A DNA stretch of 64,000 nucleotides, taken from positions 3,720,001 through 3,784,000 of the forward strand of contig JBHGNT010000009.1 of NCBI GenBank assembly GCA_043228905.1, given 5' to 3'. The notes below the pieces were generated by a model, which worked only from the letters and a program-made list of their open reading frames with translations, made no database searches and was not told the DNA's origin. The position numbers and the translations under genes are program-made. Shown one piece after another: positions 24,191 through 40,439 of the stretch (the stretch's first letter is position 1; every line of letters starts with the position of its first letter). Origin of the DNA: Azolla caroliniana (Eukaryota > Plantae > Polypodiophyta).

Positions 24191-26937
24191 TAAGCTTGCA
24201 TCAATTTTATTTATGTTCTTTTTAAGAACACCCCACCATTTATGAGCTCTAGCCTAGCTGCTATGCTATATATTATATATGTGCATTCATTCAGTTATTT
24301 TAGTTATGTGTAAATACACCTCTCTCATTTATTTCTCTAATTGTCTCTCTTTTAAGAGCAATAATATACACACACATGTTTGATGGCTAGCATATATGCC
24401 CATTCATTAGCCATGGGCCATCACTCATTCATGGCCGATACATACCACATACCATATATTACACACTTCCTTCCTAGCCCCGCATTTAATACTCCTTAGC
24501 TAGCCCCCCCACATACACATACATACATATATGTATGTATATTACCACATTTAGCAGTACTAAGTGTAGGCCTTTTATTTGCTAGTATCCATGAATTAGG
24601 CAAGGCTCATCAATGTTTGGAAGGTAGAAAAAAACTCTCTTGCCCATCAGCACTTTATGTAAAGGAGAGTAGGAGAGTTGGGCACTTTGATGACACATCC
24701 CCCCCCCCCCCCCAAATTAATGTGGTGCCAAACATTTTCGTATGTATGCTAGCGTAGACATTCGACAAACAACTGACAGTTATATCATTTTGTGATGCGT
24801 TGACAAGTAGTGCACTTGGAAGTTGGAAGTGTAGAGCAAGGGAGTGGAACGTGTAGGAATGGAAATGCCAGTGGGAAGGAGGAGGGTGGCCATTCCCTAG
24901 GTCAAGAGATGAGTATTAACCAAGACCCTACTTCAAACACCTAGGAATGAACTATCTATATCACCCTTAGCTATTTACTTCCATTATCATTAACGAGAGG
25001 CCTCACCTGTCGATAAACTTGAAAGTCAACCTCACGACGGGAGCTATCTTTAATGACCTCATCACACGTCAACATGAACAATATATCACATGGTGAAATG
25101 TGATTGATGAACTTCCATGACAAATCGATAGTGCACATTCATTACATTCATCAAATGCGCCTTTACTCAACATTATCACATTGAAGCCATTTAATTTGAT
25201 CTTTTTCGTAATCACGTATGAGCACTTCACGAAGGAAGAAATCTCATTGGTGCACATCAATTCACATAGAACAATACCAAGTTTACTCTCTTGAATCTCC
25301 CTTTACCTCATGATGTATGTTTCCTTTCTCTCTCTACACACACACAATCAACCAGTTAAAACAGAAGGTGGTCATTGTTTCCAACCCAAGTGCCTCCTAT
25401 CCATGATTTGGGTGTGAAAATATTATTCCTACCTCTTTATGTGAATGGATCCTTTGAGATGATACTTCTTATTTGACCCCCATTTTTTTCTCCTCTTCTT
25501 TGTTGTCGTGTTAAAGCAGGAGTCTTCTAGGAGGTTAAAAACTTCTTCGTTGCATTTATTTGAGAACCCTTTTTTTAAATCGGATGGACATATATTCATT
25601 GCATAATTGGATATCAATATGTTATTCTTATTCAACTTGTAGCTAGCAAAGTGAGGATTTTTCATGCATGGCACACCTACGAACCTCTAATTGTATTGAA
25701 CGCGTGTTACTAGAAACAAATTTGACAAGAGGCAAATGTAGGTAGGATCATTTAAAACACATGGAAGATGATGGCTAATAGGGTTTGTTTATCAATCAAT
25801 ATAGAAAGGTTCACATGTGCACAACTATGGAAGATCTTCAATTCTAGTTGATATTTCAACATTCTAGTGTGTCACATTTCAAAAGCTTATTACGTTAATT
25901 ACGGTGGATCTTGTCGTGTTTCTCCCCTCAATATATTGAGAGTCAACTATAACGATGATAGTATAAGAGCCCGAAATTTTAAGACACCAAACTTTTAACT
26001 GAAATAAATAAAGTACCTTCCTAAGTTGAGATTTTGTTTTCCATCAACAAAACAAACTCGCCGACATATCAGTTCTACAATAGGATCCCGAGACTTGAAA
26101 ATTATTGCTTTATCTAATCAAAGATGAAATTTATAAGTCTTTGGGTGTCATGTCAAAATGCCAAAGGAGTATTGCTCTTCACCAATTTTTATTAATAGAA
26201 AAAGGTTTAATGGTGACACAATCAACATTTGGCATTGTGTAGGACTTCTTAATAATAATAATAATAATCACACTTATGAAATGATGGCTTGGGCCCTTGG
26301 GGGTCTGATTATAGTCAACCCTCTTAAATTATTAAGCTTCTAATCGAACAACGAGAAATATGTAGTGAATGAATGCCAAGCGTAGAGAATGATGAAGCTT
26401 GGGCATCTATCCAAATTATTGCTGAAAAGTCTTGTAATTCAGCTAGTCTTAGCATGGGGGGTTCTGATTTTAAGAAAAGTTGTGTTCCAACTCTTCTTAT
26501 ATGGAAAGTATGCAAATACCCCTCATATATTAGAGTGATATAGAATATACCCCATCCCCTTAACCAAAATAGATTAGCACGCATTGTAGTTAGGTTGATG
26601 CTAATAAATTATGATACATTTATAGCGGCATGCTTTACTTAAGTATTTTTTATTTTTTTCCCTTCATTGACTTACACTCCCATATTTAATCACATGCCAC
26701 ACTTCTTATTAAGTGTGAGGTTTAACAAAGGCACCCTTGACAATGTGTTGTTTGACTAGAGATAGATTTTTATATTTGAAAGGTACTAGGGTTACAAAGG
26801 TTTCACCCCATTTGCAAAGAAGGTGCATGACATGATGTTCTTCCTTTCTTTATGACATTTGCTAGAATTTCATGTGTGCAACCATCATGCCACATAACAA
26901 ATGTATGATATTAACTTTTACAAATCTGAACATGAGT

Positions 26938-27032
26938 TGAAAATCTAGAAAGAATGTAAACACAACATTTTAGAAAGTAAACATTGAAAATCTAGAAAGA
27001 ATGTAAACACAACATTTTAGAAAGTAAACATT
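26938..27032. repeat. 47-bp tandem duplication
   Basis: TGAAAATCTAGAAAGAATGTAAACACAACATTTTAGAAAGTAAACAT occurs twice. Confidence 0.9.
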
Positions 27033-27562
27033 CAAAATACAGGCATACATGTACCCATCAATGTTATCGGAGATAAAGGAATTGTCATAAGAAAGATTGG
27101 CATCATTAGCAAATTGTGAATAATCTATATTGTCCACAAAAAGCCCAAAATATGTCCATGTTAATGAGACAACAAAAGGGTCAAGTTTTGTGATACAAAA
27201 TGCCTCTTTCAAAAAGAATCATAACTATACAATGCAGGTGACTTTTAAGAAATATTATATGAGAGTTACTCCTCGATACATGAAGAAGGTTCTACGTTCT
27301 TGTTTGAGACATTTGTAAGTGCCATTGACTTTAGCAATATATGGATGTGGCGGACATAAGTAGAAGGTGAGGTAATTAATTCTTCCACGCCCCTTTGCCT
27401 CATTCTTTCCTTCGAACATGTGTCTTTTGCATATCCCATGGGCCATTAAAATGTATTCATCCATGGTTCTGATTTGTTAAGCAAAATGGTTTTTCGGGTT
27501 AAACCATGATGAGAAAACATATCCAAATCCTCAATCGATGTTTCATCAAGAAATGGAGGCAA

Positions 27563-27665
27563 TTTTTTTTTTCCAAAACAAAATATCCTTCCATTAGTTT
27601 TTTAAAAAGTCATAACAGCTACAACATACAAAATGTTTTTTCCCAACCCGTCTTGTGTAAGACAA
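27563..27665 (-). mobile_element. Short 3'-end fragment of the L1 family found at 51215-57630
   Basis: Shares ATATCCTTCCATTAGTTT...AGCTACAA...CCCAACCCGTCTTGTGTAAGACA with 51231-51328. Confidence 0.6.
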
Positions 27666-30600
27666 TGGCTGAGGAAACACATCTATGTACTCCAAAGTAG
27701 AGGAAAACAGTCAACTAATTTGCAAGTTATTCCATAGACAACAACAAAAGTATCTGCATCCGGAGACAAGCCCTCGCAACTCATAGATATGAACCATTTC
27801 AATCTTCTTCAACATGCTCATGTTCAATATAATTTGCAATCAACACATTCCACGTTATTCCATAGACAGAAACAAAAGTTGTGGCATCTAGAGGCAAGCC
27901 CTCGCAGCTCATAGGAAAGTTGAAATGGAGGTAATTGCGGATGTGCAAAAGAAGTTGGCCATTATCAAGCGAAAGGGGGTTCATACTTCATACCAAGGCC
28001 ATTCCTTTTTGTTACATTTGAGAAATCTAACATATTAGCATCCACCAAGACGATATACATTGTGAGACAAATTATTCTTCCAAAAAAGTTGCAATTTAGC
28101 TAATGGATCTTAAAAACAACACTACTTATTCAAATTCTTTGAAACCTCTTATGATAACTATCCATCATTGCCTCAAGTTGTTTCATCACCTTTTTTATGT
28201 AGACAATCACGATGGAGTTAATGGGGCAACTATACTTCTTGAAATCTTGCTCGCAAATGTAGTTGAAAAAGTAATGTACTCATGATAGAGAGATAAATCA
28301 TATGATTGAATTGTAGAAGTGGGTTACAATAAAAAATTTGAGCTTTTTTATTTCCAAAAGAAATATCCAATTATATTTAATGAGAATTGATGCTACAATA
28401 CATGTTTTCCATTGCAAACATTAACAATTGAAGCCTAGTTAATTGTGTTTCCACTACAATCTACTAATCCGGTTTATTTTCAAATCCTTTATGTGAAACT
28501 TTGTCCACCAATCCAATTTCAGGAATGCAATGAAAATTTTGGATGCATGTAAATGATGTCCACAACATGTTATGTTATTTTACTCCATCATATGGAAGTT
28601 GTCTATCTTAACATAGAATTATTCGTCACGAATTGGATGATAAATGTATCTTGGAGGAGTGTGAAGTTCAAAGTTACATGTAAGATGTGTGGGCCACCGG
28701 CCCCACCACATTGATGTGATGAAATGAAGAAACCACATTAACCTTGATCTATTATGAATATTGTATTGTAAGTACAAATACTTGACAAAGTGACTTCTGT
28801 AGCATCCATTTCATGTGTGCACCTAAATTGTCATGAAGAATGAGAATTTGCGTATTCATAAACAATATCAAAGGTTCAGTATCAATCACATAAATATTGT
28901 ATTCAACATCAACCGCATAAAAAATAGGATAATACTAATTTTTTGACGTAAACACCCAGGAATCAAAACTTATTACATGACTTCAAACATTGCCACTCTT
29001 GTTTGGGATCACTCATGATAAGCAAGAGGACTTCGTTGTTCCCTCAATGGTACAAATCCATTGGGATGAAGCAATGTATTGTGAAATCATGTAAATTTTG
29101 TGTGTTAATCAAACTTCCCATGTTTGAAGTTTCTTAATGATGTCTACCATCTTACATTGAATGCAAATCCTTACCCTTTTCAAGTAAGTCATACAATTCT
29201 ACACTCACAAAGGGGAATACTTCCCTTGCATAATTAAATCCCAAATTTGAGTAAAATACATTGATGAAATAAAATGGGTATTATGCTTTGGAGTTTTCGA
29301 TAAATGCCGTTGATGGAGATTATCTAAAAACATGATGGTATGGAGATACTTGCCATTGATTCCGTATTTCCCGCGAAAAAGGTCCATAAACAAAATTTGA
29401 AACAATTGTTGGTGACAAAAAAGTCTGGTGAACCAATTGTTGGTGATCTTTATTGCAAGCAACTGTCACTAACATGACTTAAAAATAGTAAAACATGGAT
29501 ATAAACATCATGGTTGTTGAAAACTTGCACACCATAATGCTCATAGCCTCATTCAATATTCCAAAAAGAAGAACACAAGAGGAGGGAGTGGAATTAACTT
29601 GTGGCATATTTACTTATCATACGTATTGGATATATATATTGTACAATGTCCTTGTATTTTCTCCAATGTAACAACTATACAATACAAGAACATGGACAAG
29701 ATAGAGAACATTTAAAATTTTGTGTGCAAAAGGAAACATTAAAAAGGTGCAAAATGACATTAAAAGCATGGATGAAAAGGAAGACGTAATGGAGGGGAAA
29801 CCATTATATAGCTAAAACCAATTATATCCACATCGAACCCAACCTAGTAAAGTGTCACTCACATGCGAGCAATAATCCATTGTGTTGATGTCCACAAATA
29901 CTTGTGATTCGCCCATTGCATATGCATTGCCAATTTATGATCGAGTTTATTTCCTCAACGACTTTTTTTTCAATTTCATTACCACCTTGACATTATTCAA
30001 TTGATGTGATACTTCAACAACTATTTGGACATCATTATAGTCTTCATGCTATTTAATGTTTGTTATATTTCATTAAAAACTCAATTCTATATTATATTGT
30101 TATCAACTCTTTCTACAGATTATTATATAATTTGTGAAGTACCAACACTTAACCCAATTTTTTGTTCAATTCCAATCAAGTGTTTTATCATTTTGCTATT
30201 GAATGAATGAATCATACACATCTTTTCCAATGTAAGTTGAATAAGACCAAAGCATCTTCAAGTGACAAGCGACAATGTGTTTCGTAGAAAGTCGATGAAT
30301 TGTGATCATGTGGGAAATGCATTAACTACATATTCAAATTTGAAAACCAAATCGATTTTGAGATGTTCCTTACTTTTTTGTGACAAAGAATATTTCTGAA
30401 ATACCATTTTTACCGTGGTATGTTATTATACTCACAAAGATTGCTTATTTTGAAATGAAAATAATGCCATCTATTAAAAATTGCCATAGCCTTCAACAAT
30501 GACACAATGCTATCAATTAGATTAGTATCACATTAGAATAGACTATCAATGGGTCATGCATGTTATATAGTTCATTAACAAGAAGCATGTGTGCTTGATA

Positions 30601-33600
30601 ATGGCTTAGGTTTATTTGAATTGATCTAGCTATGTTGGCATAAAACACACAAGGGTATGCCATCTTATTAAGATGTGCACATTTTAGCTATAGTACAAGA
30701 AACAACGTAAGTAGTCATTGCCATACTTGTGAATGGGTATAATTGTCAACATCTTGGTTTGATTGTTACAAAACTTTGACATTTACATTTGAAATGCTTG
30801 TAAAATAGGGGTTGATATGTTAGATGGTACTTAAAGAGGCATGGAAAAGTATTTCGCAAAGCAATGTAATTGGATTAACCTCACAAAGAAAACACAAAGT
30901 GGTTATTTTTTATAATAAATGAAATATAGTATACTTTTATATAAATTATATAATATGCATTGCCCTATTTATCAACCTTAATGTGTGTAAGGCCCATCTA
31001 TATGAGTTCACTGATGTGATCCAAGGCCTTGTCCAACAACATATACTATTGCCACAACATACATTGAACATGGATCAATCCAAAGGTTGGCCTTAGCTCA
31101 CATAGATATACATTGACCCCAATAAAGCCTACAATTTTCCTTGTGTACTACTAGCACTTACCCAATAGACATACTACAATCGTCTTAAGGATGTGACGTG
31201 CACAATTGCATAATGTCTTTGTTAGCAAGGGCTACGACGCGAGAACACTACTGTCCGCACTAAATGGTTGAGCACATGGTATCCATACAACTATCACCCT
31301 TACTCTTGGGGTATCGACACAATTAATTGAGCATGTGGCATCCATACGACAACATGTTGTTGATTTGTTGTGATAGATGACATATACCAAGTTCCTTGGA
31401 AGGATATGACGGTGTACAACAAATTTGAAGATGAGGTTCCTTCACTGCCATTGATCACACATCGATCTTCATTTAAGCGTATCATTCAGATACTCACAAG
31501 AGAGGTATATTCTTTCAATCACGAAGATACAAACAATTTAACTCGATTCATTAAGTATCCATCTGGTTATATTATGCACGAGAGACCTAACTCATATTTG
31601 AGGCTAGATCCACTTTGTGTAATTTTAGTATAAAAAGATATGCAAGAGATTTAAACAAGGAGGATAACCCATGCATTGTATAAAGTAATTTTGTAGCATA
31701 TTTGTAAGATACATACATATGTGAATTTATTATGGATGGTGTGTATACTATGTACTACTATGTACACACAAACACAAACATAAACTCATATACATACTAC
31801 ACATACACAACACACATATTTATTGATTGAACGCAAACATTTAATGAATATAAGTTTCTTGTCAGCAAACATATTTAAGGAGTTCATTCATGGTGAACCT
31901 CACCACCCTCTCTCTCTCACGCATACAAAGAATAAGACACCACCTCTTTCCAACTACTATTTTAAATGTTTGGCTTTTGTAAGAGAGTGTTCTACTACAT
32001 TTATTATCGACGAACGAACCATATTCCTTAGGTTCCACCCCAGTCCCTTAACCTTATGATCCAATTCCTTTGTATTCCCTCCCCATGTACTTAGAAGTTA
32101 GATGTCCCTTGATAGAGGTCATACACATGTCACTTGACCTCATGTGACTCTCTCTCTCTCTCTCTCTCACACACACCCACCCACCCACCCACACACACAC
32201 ACACACACATGTTGACTTGAAACATTAGTTCTTTTACAGACATGCAACACATCTATCATAAAGCTTCCTATATACATGTGGTGCAACATACTTGGCATAC
32301 AATGTTTCGACTTGATGAATTTCCTTAACATCGTCTAGATATTGTTTCCTTGCCGATAGTGAGTTTTTGCCTTCCCTTCCAAACAAGCACACATTGCTAT
32401 GTGTAGTAGTTGAAAGCAAATTTTGAAATCTTCCACTTGACCTAATGTGAATGTGAGTGGTTTGGAGCTAAACATATGTGTATCCGAATTGAAATGTTAG
32501 GTTTCTTTTGCTCATGTAGTTTGAAAAAGCTTATGGCAATGGTTTTTATAGTATTGGTATTAAAAGCTATGATTTTCAACTATACCAATGATTTTTATAG
32601 CTCAAAAAGTTCTTTTAAGGGGATATAATGATCACTCCAATGACAAATCATATTATGTTGTTGTAATTGGACCACACATATCTTAACTTATGCACCTACC
32701 AAAGTTGTCATGAACCCAGAAAACATCTTCAAATGATCATTATGAGAAACACGTTATCAAGCCAAACTCGCAGGCAAGACCCCAACAAAAGCCATTGACA
32801 AATTAATAAACACAGTAATCGGACACGAGAAGGGGAACATTAACTAGCTTATTTGTACATTGCTAGTCATATTTACTTGAACTCCTCTAAATATTAGCTT
32901 AGAAACCACACACTTGCTTTGGTCCCTTTATTTCTTTCCCTCAATTTTTAGTGTATCCGTTGACTTTTTACAATATAGTAACCTTCCAACATATTTTCAT
33001 ACTTTAATTGACTTGGTGATCTCAACAATTGTTTGAAGCATAGATGGATGCTCACATGGATTCACTCTAATAAGGCTAAGTCACTCAATATGTCATGATA
33101 TGTAGTTTCTACATTCGTTGTCTTGGAAATTCCATAGACATTTTGATCCTCTATACATTACCCTTCATTTATCATAAAGTGTTGGAGCCCATAGGACATA
33201 TCTGGCACCCTTACATCACAGTTTGTTTAATTACGAATTATTGGTAAGGCAAAGATACTTTAACAAGCAATAATGTGGGAGTCTTGAATAAGAAAAGTAT
33301 ACGAGGCCATTGTGCCTCATCAAACTTGTGTCGGAGTTTTCATGGAATAAATACATCCTTTATCCAAGTTTTCGATAATTGATATAATATTGAACTTTAA
33401 AGGTGGCTTCACACTTATCACTTTCCACAACTCATAAATGCAACACTAACAAGTTTGTAAAATCTTAGAGGTGAACTGTGAAACCATCAATAACTATCAA
33501 AGAAATATATCAATCTCAAACTCAAGCTATCATTCATGGTAAAGCTAAAGCAATTAGTAAAGACTATATATCCTTTTCTAAGTAATTAGTTGTACATTGT

Positions 33601-36389
33601 TTGACATCTTTTTCATTGAATGATGGAATCAAGGGAATATAAATCTAGACAAGATATATTGGTTAATAAAATAATGCATTAGAAAGGTATAAATATGTTT
33701 CTTGAAATAGTATGCATTGTTATTATTAGAGTGAACTTGATGCTCATTTGCATATGATGACTACCACATTTCAACTCATATATAACTTATCAAATAGTGT
33801 GTTGGATGCATTTTGGTTTGGACAAGTGTCTCTCAAATTGCTTCATGAACCATCTTCTAGTGATTCATCCACACGCCGTATTGGTCGTAAGTTATGATTA
33901 CATGATGCAATATCAAGTATATGTTGTTAGTCTTGGATGCAACCGATTGGAATTTGGCTTGCTCAGTCTTGAAACATTTAGCACATCAACAATACCATAA
34001 GAAAGATTTAGACCTCGAGGTGAACATATGCATGCACCTTTGTAACCATATAAGTTATGTTCGACATCTCCTTAAATTAGTTCACGGTTTTATAACTGTA
34101 TATGTAATTAGTTACTCTCCACTACTTTCTAAAAGTGAAACACATATTATGTTCACAATAGAATGGATGAAAGACATGATTAAGGTAGCAATAACTATGT
34201 GAACCTAGGTAGGTGTTCATAATTTTTGTATAGTGAATTGAAGTGGATGTCGTGTTAACATATTTTCCAAAGTCTCATTAAGTTTGAATTGTGCTCAAGT
34301 GTTGGTGTGCTTTTGTATCCTTTAATGTAGATGAACCCATTTTTTCTGAACTAAAAGATGGTTTCCTTTAATTTCACTTTCTAACAAGCTACACTTCATC
34401 GACAAACTTTGTTCCCCTCGGAAGCACATTAGACAAATCATCTCCATTGCTCATTTCACGTTAAAAATATAAAAAAATCAAAAGTCATGCGGATAATTGT
34501 ATCCCTCGCATCCTTATTATATTGTTACCATTATTATAATGATCAACGTTCTTATGTAATGTACATGATTTAATCACTAATGTATTATTAGAAGTTGATA
34601 TGAAGTTTCACTGTGTCAATATTGTGGCCTTGTATCTTTGAGTCCTTTTTATCTCACACCACAATCTTAATGCCCATGAATTAAAATTTTGAATTGGTGG
34701 TTCCTTCTCCTCTCCCTTTTGTAAAAGTAAGGGCAATTTCCACACGCATTAAAAAGTTTCAAAACAATCAACCAATATGTTATGGTAGATAATATTAACC
34801 CCAACAAGAAACATAGAATACTAATGCTAGAGACATGAGAGCATCTCATCAAGGTATTAAATTTCACATTTTGGCCTCTTATTTCAAATAGTTCTTGAGA
34901 TATTCAATAATGTCTAATTTCATTTTTAATTATGTAGTTATCAGGGAGTTATTGTGCATATGGAGGAATGAATAATCACACTCTTAATCTCGAGTGGAAC
35001 TTGCAAGAACATGACACCACCAACTAAAGGAAAGGATGGTCATTGCCTTGATGTTTGGTTATGATGTTAACATAGGACACTTGATGAATCCTAGATAAAG
35101 AAAATTGAGATAACCTAAGTTACATTCTTGCCTGGGCTTGGCCCTATCCAATGTATCACAATATGTCTCCCATGGTTGTTAAAATGATATCCATCTATGT
35201 CTCTCTTTTTGTAGAAGCATTGGATAGCTTGAAGCAACATGGCAAAACAAAAAACCTTTGTGGTTCCTACTACAATAGTGTGGATCTTATGGCAACATAA
35301 ACTCTCTAAGGTTTTGTTAGGCTAAGTGCAATAAGGGCAATACCTTCGAGGACAAGGTGCCCATAGAACTTAGTTGCAAAAATTGTCTGGTCATTTTTAC
35401 TTTATATTTGCCTTACATATTCCATAGAGACCACACTACAAAAGAATAGGCAATCAACAATGCCAAAACACGTCACTATCTATGCCCCTAATGGCATCGG
35501 TTACGTACTATCGCTGTGTGACACATTGTGTGACACACGTTGCTAATTGTGTCACAAGTGAAGTATTTTTAAAATAATAATTTAATTTTGTACTTTTTTT
35601 AATGATTTATTATTATTTGTATGTGTTTATATGTATGTAAGTACGTTTATTTGTTTGTGTGATGGCATGGATATATCTATATTGGTGTATGTATATGAGT
35701 GCCAAGAAAAATAACTTTGATTGATTTCATTCTTGACAATGCCTCCATTCCTGATTCACAAGAGTGCCAAATATACATTGTGTTAGAATCTCAATTTGTG
35801 TTATGATCTTTATGCACTACTTAAGTCTTATACATTTGGTCCATTGGAATCTATAGCTTTAATGGATTCAAATTGATAAGTAATGCTAAAAATCTCATCC
35901 TTGGGTTATGATGAACGTATTGTAAGCATTGTACTCATTTCCAGATCCATCCCATGCATAAACCAAAACGTCTCCACTCATGAATATTCTATCACAAATG
36001 TTGTCACCATTACAACAACAAAATTTCCACTAACAAAGTCTTTAATAAACATAAGAATATCACAAAGATATTACACAATCTTGCCTAAATTACAAAGCTT
36101 TCTACACACACTTAAAATGATTTGAAGTAGTTCAAGACTCTAGCTTGAAGTTCAATAGAATCTCTTTCGGTCACATATACGTAGTGAACTATAGATTGGT
36201 TTTATTGAATTGGATAGTGAAAGGACACTGGCACCCATTTGCGTTGTTGAGTCCTGGAATGAGAAGACACTCTTAACCAAATTATGAAAAGATCAAAACA
36301 CACTTGGTGCATAATGCACCCATTGTTAATACACATAAGAAGACAAATGTAATGGCACCCAATCCGAGTGGTGGTGCAAGTTGATAACA

Positions 36390-37560
36390 TCTAGAAGACA
36401 GACCCGAATGTTGCTAAGGTGGAACCCCATTGGAAGTTATGGGTATACGGTTGTCGTCCCCTTGTCGAACTAGAATGGGACCCAGGGGAATTTAGGTGGA
36501 AACATGATGACAAATTCCGACATTTCTTCGAGTACAACACTAAATTGGGCCGGACTTTACAACTGCAGCTAGACGGCCCCTTACGCAATGGCTGGCGAAC
36601 ATTGGGCATCCCTGATGAGGTGCTCATTACCTTTTGGAAGGGTCTCTAGCATCTCCACATGCCTGAAAAGATCAAGCTCTTTTGGTGGCAAATCGGTCAT
36701 AATGTGGTTCTCGTTGGCGAATGGCTAGGTAAACGTGGCGGCCCGTTAGGTTGCCCACTTTGCTCTTCACCTATTGAGATTCTGAGACATTGTTTGTGGG
36801 ATTGCCCTCAAGCTCAAAAGGTATGGGATAGAGTGACTCGCCTCCTTGCGGCATGTGAAGCGGAAGGAACAACATCGTGGAGTGCTGCGGCATGGATTGA
36901 TCACTCTGTTGATAGGTGGATGGAGGCCTTCAATGCGGATAGTTGGTGCTACGTATGCACGAGAGGCAAAATCGCCAACATGAGAGGCTTTCAGTCTGCA
37001 TCCCCTAGGTTCCCGGAAATTTGGATGTTGATCGTAGGCTTCACCCCGTGGTATCTATGGAAAGTGCGTTGCCTAAAGGTCTTTCAAGATTTGGTACGAC
37101 CCCCGGAGGAAGTGATCATGGACATATGGTTTGCGTTTATCAGCTGCCTATGAGGGCAATTGGACGAGGTTTGCAGCCATTCCAACGACGTGGTCACTGC
37201 CCGTTTGTGCTTTTGGCAGAAATGGCGGAACGCGCCTATGGTGATACAAGGAGAAAGTGGCCCGAGTTGGAACTACCAGCCCCCACGCTGGCTGTTTCCG
37301 ACTCACTTGCCTCCCTCCCTTCGTTGTAGGCCCCAAGACTTGGCTCGTACTAGCCAACATTGAAGGGCACCGTTTTTAGCGATAGGTATCTACTTTCATT
37401 AAGTAGTTAGTTCGAAAGGCTATGTAAGTAGTTTCATTTTCTTGAACTTGATCGGAGGGAGATTCCCCGATTTGTGTATAAGCCTCCTTGTACAGTCTCT
37501 TTGTAATAATCCGTCCTGATTAATGGGAAAGTAGCTTCATTTTGGAAAATAAATAAATAT
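36390..37560 (+). mobile_element. 5'-truncated L1-type LINE (3' end of ORF2)
   Basis: zf-RVT-like KIKLFWWQ...CPLC...LRHCLWDCP; WYLWK.RC...F; WNYQPPRWLF; A-rich tail. Confidence 0.8.
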
Positions 37561-38768
37561 AGAAAACAAAAACAACATGCAAATATAATATAGTGTCCAG
37601 ATCTACAACGCATTTAAAAGACAATAACAAACACATCTATTATATATTCTAAATTCTAATATTCACATGTTTAACATCTCTTTCTACATAAAATGCAGAT
37701 GACTTTATGTGCACACCTATGTCGTAAAGATTTTTATTCTTACTTAGACATTCAAGTTTTTTAGAAGTAGTTCTAGTTTTAGACGTCTCCACAAACCAAA
37801 AATAGTTTGAAGGGATGAGGAAATATTTCATAATTAACATTTGAGGACTTGAAGCCAACCTCATTTTTGTAATCTCCTTAGTTTAGGCATTCTCTAGTAT
37901 ATGGATGGCCTAAAACATAGAAAACAATAAAATCTCTAATGTCTTATCAATTTCACATAGATCTAACATATGTTTCATAGAACAAATCTAGAAACAAACC
38001 TCTACAGGCAGAAGTGGTCTTGAGAATCTAGGATTGTCAACAACAACATGAACACTTCTATCTATGAAGCTTGAATAATAATACATCAATGTGCATCTCT
38101 ATAGTATCAACATCTGCCTCTCCAAAATTTGGTGTTCCAAACCTCTTATTGACAATTTTAAATTTGATATCTAGGTATGTCACATCATATTCTTTCTGCA
38201 AAGAAAAACCACAGTTTCTTATCATCTTCTCAAACTGAAATTCAAGTATTTACAAAGATTACTTCTATCACACCACACTATTGCATTTGGTTAATGCTAC
38301 AGTTCTTGAATGACATTGGTATGATGGGTAAGGTTGTGCCCATCCTTGTTATGCTTCAAGTACAATACATGGCCAAGGTCATGTTTTCAACTCGTTTTCA
38401 GTTAAAGAGAGAGATGGTATGCTTCTTCTACTAAATCCTCTTCTTTGTTTGTTTCTTCTACATCTTCTTCTTTGTAATTTCTCTTTCTCTCTCTCATCAA
38501 GATTCTAACGTTTAAGATCAACCTTTTGCCAATCTAGAAGATGATATTGCTTATTACAAATACAAAGGGGAAGTTATTGTCTTTGGTGACATGAATGGCG
38601 ATACAAAAAGTTTCCAACTTGATGCACAATAATCTTTAATGCCACATGATCTAGGCTCCACCCCCTCCAAGGGGTTGAGCGTGAGGGGGAGAGAGGGAGA
38701 GAGATGCGTGTGTGTGAGAGAGAGAGATTAGAGAGAGGAAGCTTATTCTTATTATCATTCTTGCCCCA

Positions 38769-39040
38769 TGTGGGGTTATATAGTACAAGAGGATCATACA
38801 TCAACGTGATACACAGGGGTGCATACCCCTATATCCATTCACACACCCAACTCACTCACACTCTTTCATAACTACACGCATGCACACACATGTGCATGTG
38901 TTTATACTCATACAAACATTGTTACTCACTCTTGTGCACATTACACATACACTTACAACAATACGTTTCACACAAAGACTCTCACTCATCCATCTTTGTA
39001 CCTCTTGTATGGATACCACATATGGCATGCCCGTGGGACA
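38769..39040 (+). mobile_element. Possible LTR followed by a TGGCATGCCCGTGGGAC primer-binding site
   Basis: Sequence ends in CCACA followed by a PBS-like motif nearly identical to 60972-60988; the left boundary is uncertain. Confidence 0.35.
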
Positions 39041-40439
39041 ATGTATTGCACGACTGAACCCACATGCCTACATAAAAAACATCAACACTAGTCCTTGGAC
39101 TGGAACTCCATCGGTCTTCTCTTCATCGACTCCCTTGATTGGAACTCACTTGACATGAACCTCTCGTTTTGTCGGCACATTAACTTCGGCATTATCATTC
39201 GGGTCTTGAAATAACGTTGTATGTATGTGTGTGTTCTTGCTCCTTTTATTTCATGTGAGTTGACTTGAATTTTTGAAATTCTATCGATGCTCTCATGTTT
39301 GTGAAATTTCCCCTCTCTTTTTCTCTTTTCTTTTTCTTGTCATTGTCTTTTGATTTGATTATTTTTTGCTAATCAAACTTCCCCTTTCTTTTACATCAGT
39401 GTCTTAACCTTGCTGCATTAGTGCTTGTCTATCTATCTTCCTCTTGCCTATGCGTCTCTCTGTCTCCTCTTGCGATTTCTTCTTCTTTGATTTCTTCTGC
39501 AATCCTTCTGATCTCCTCGTTTGTTCGTCCCTTTCATCTTCTCTTTCTCTTTCTCCGTCTCCTTCATTTTCTTCAGTCATCGATGGAAATCTTGATATGT
39601 ACGTAAACATTGGCAACACGAAAGCAACCATTTTACTAGATCATGTCTTCGTAATTCCAGTTACATCTCGTTGCTGAAGTCCTATTGGTATTGGAGCCAT
39701 TTGGATAGGGGAATGCTTTTTGTAGGGCCAACTTTATACAGTGCTTTTAACAATTCGAGCTCAATCCTCTTACCAATTACACATTGGCCTTGGGACTCTG
39801 GAGCCCTTATATGATATATTGAAATTCTTTCTAAAAATCTTCCAATCTCTATCCGTCATGTCCTCGAGCTTTTTGTCAGACCAATGACTCGCATTTCAAA
39901 AGTGTTGTATACATTAACAAAAACATCCTTTTGTTTTTGGGCCTCTACTTCCGCTGATTTCTCCTCTACTCCATCCCTTTCCCATATCTGAGCTCTCAAA
40001 TCCTTCTCGTTCTTTGCAGCCAACTTCTTATGAGGAGGGATAACACTGTCTGAACCATTTGGTTCACATGTATTAGCACCATGTCCATTGATCTTTGCAG
40101 ATGATGTTGCTTGTGAGGCAAAGCTTCGATGTGAAGTCACTGTAGATGAGACGTGGCTTGAGACAATATCCAACATATCTCGTTGAATAGTTGTATGAGT
40201 ATACATCCCTATACCTCTCGTAGGGATAACACCACATATCTTAAGGACGCAAGAGGATATACAAATGTATTGTCGTTGTTCTAGTGATGATAAAGATTTG
40301 GACCAATTTGGGAAGTTACTCCTACAAATGTGCAATAGTACCAGATTGCTTATTGCAAATGGTGTATCCTTATAGCCCAACATTGATGGTTTTACCTTTA
40401 GAAAACGTGACAATGGAATAGTGTGATTGATTATGTGCT

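Noticed and set aside
20327-24193. ORFs rich in HTYI, VRVR, LSLS or HPIP
   Set aside because: Translations of microsatellites or of the antisense strand of CFL1.
27700-35400. Short ORFs and possible old transposase fragments
   Set aside because: AT-rich, highly degenerate, with no recognisable domain or boundaries.
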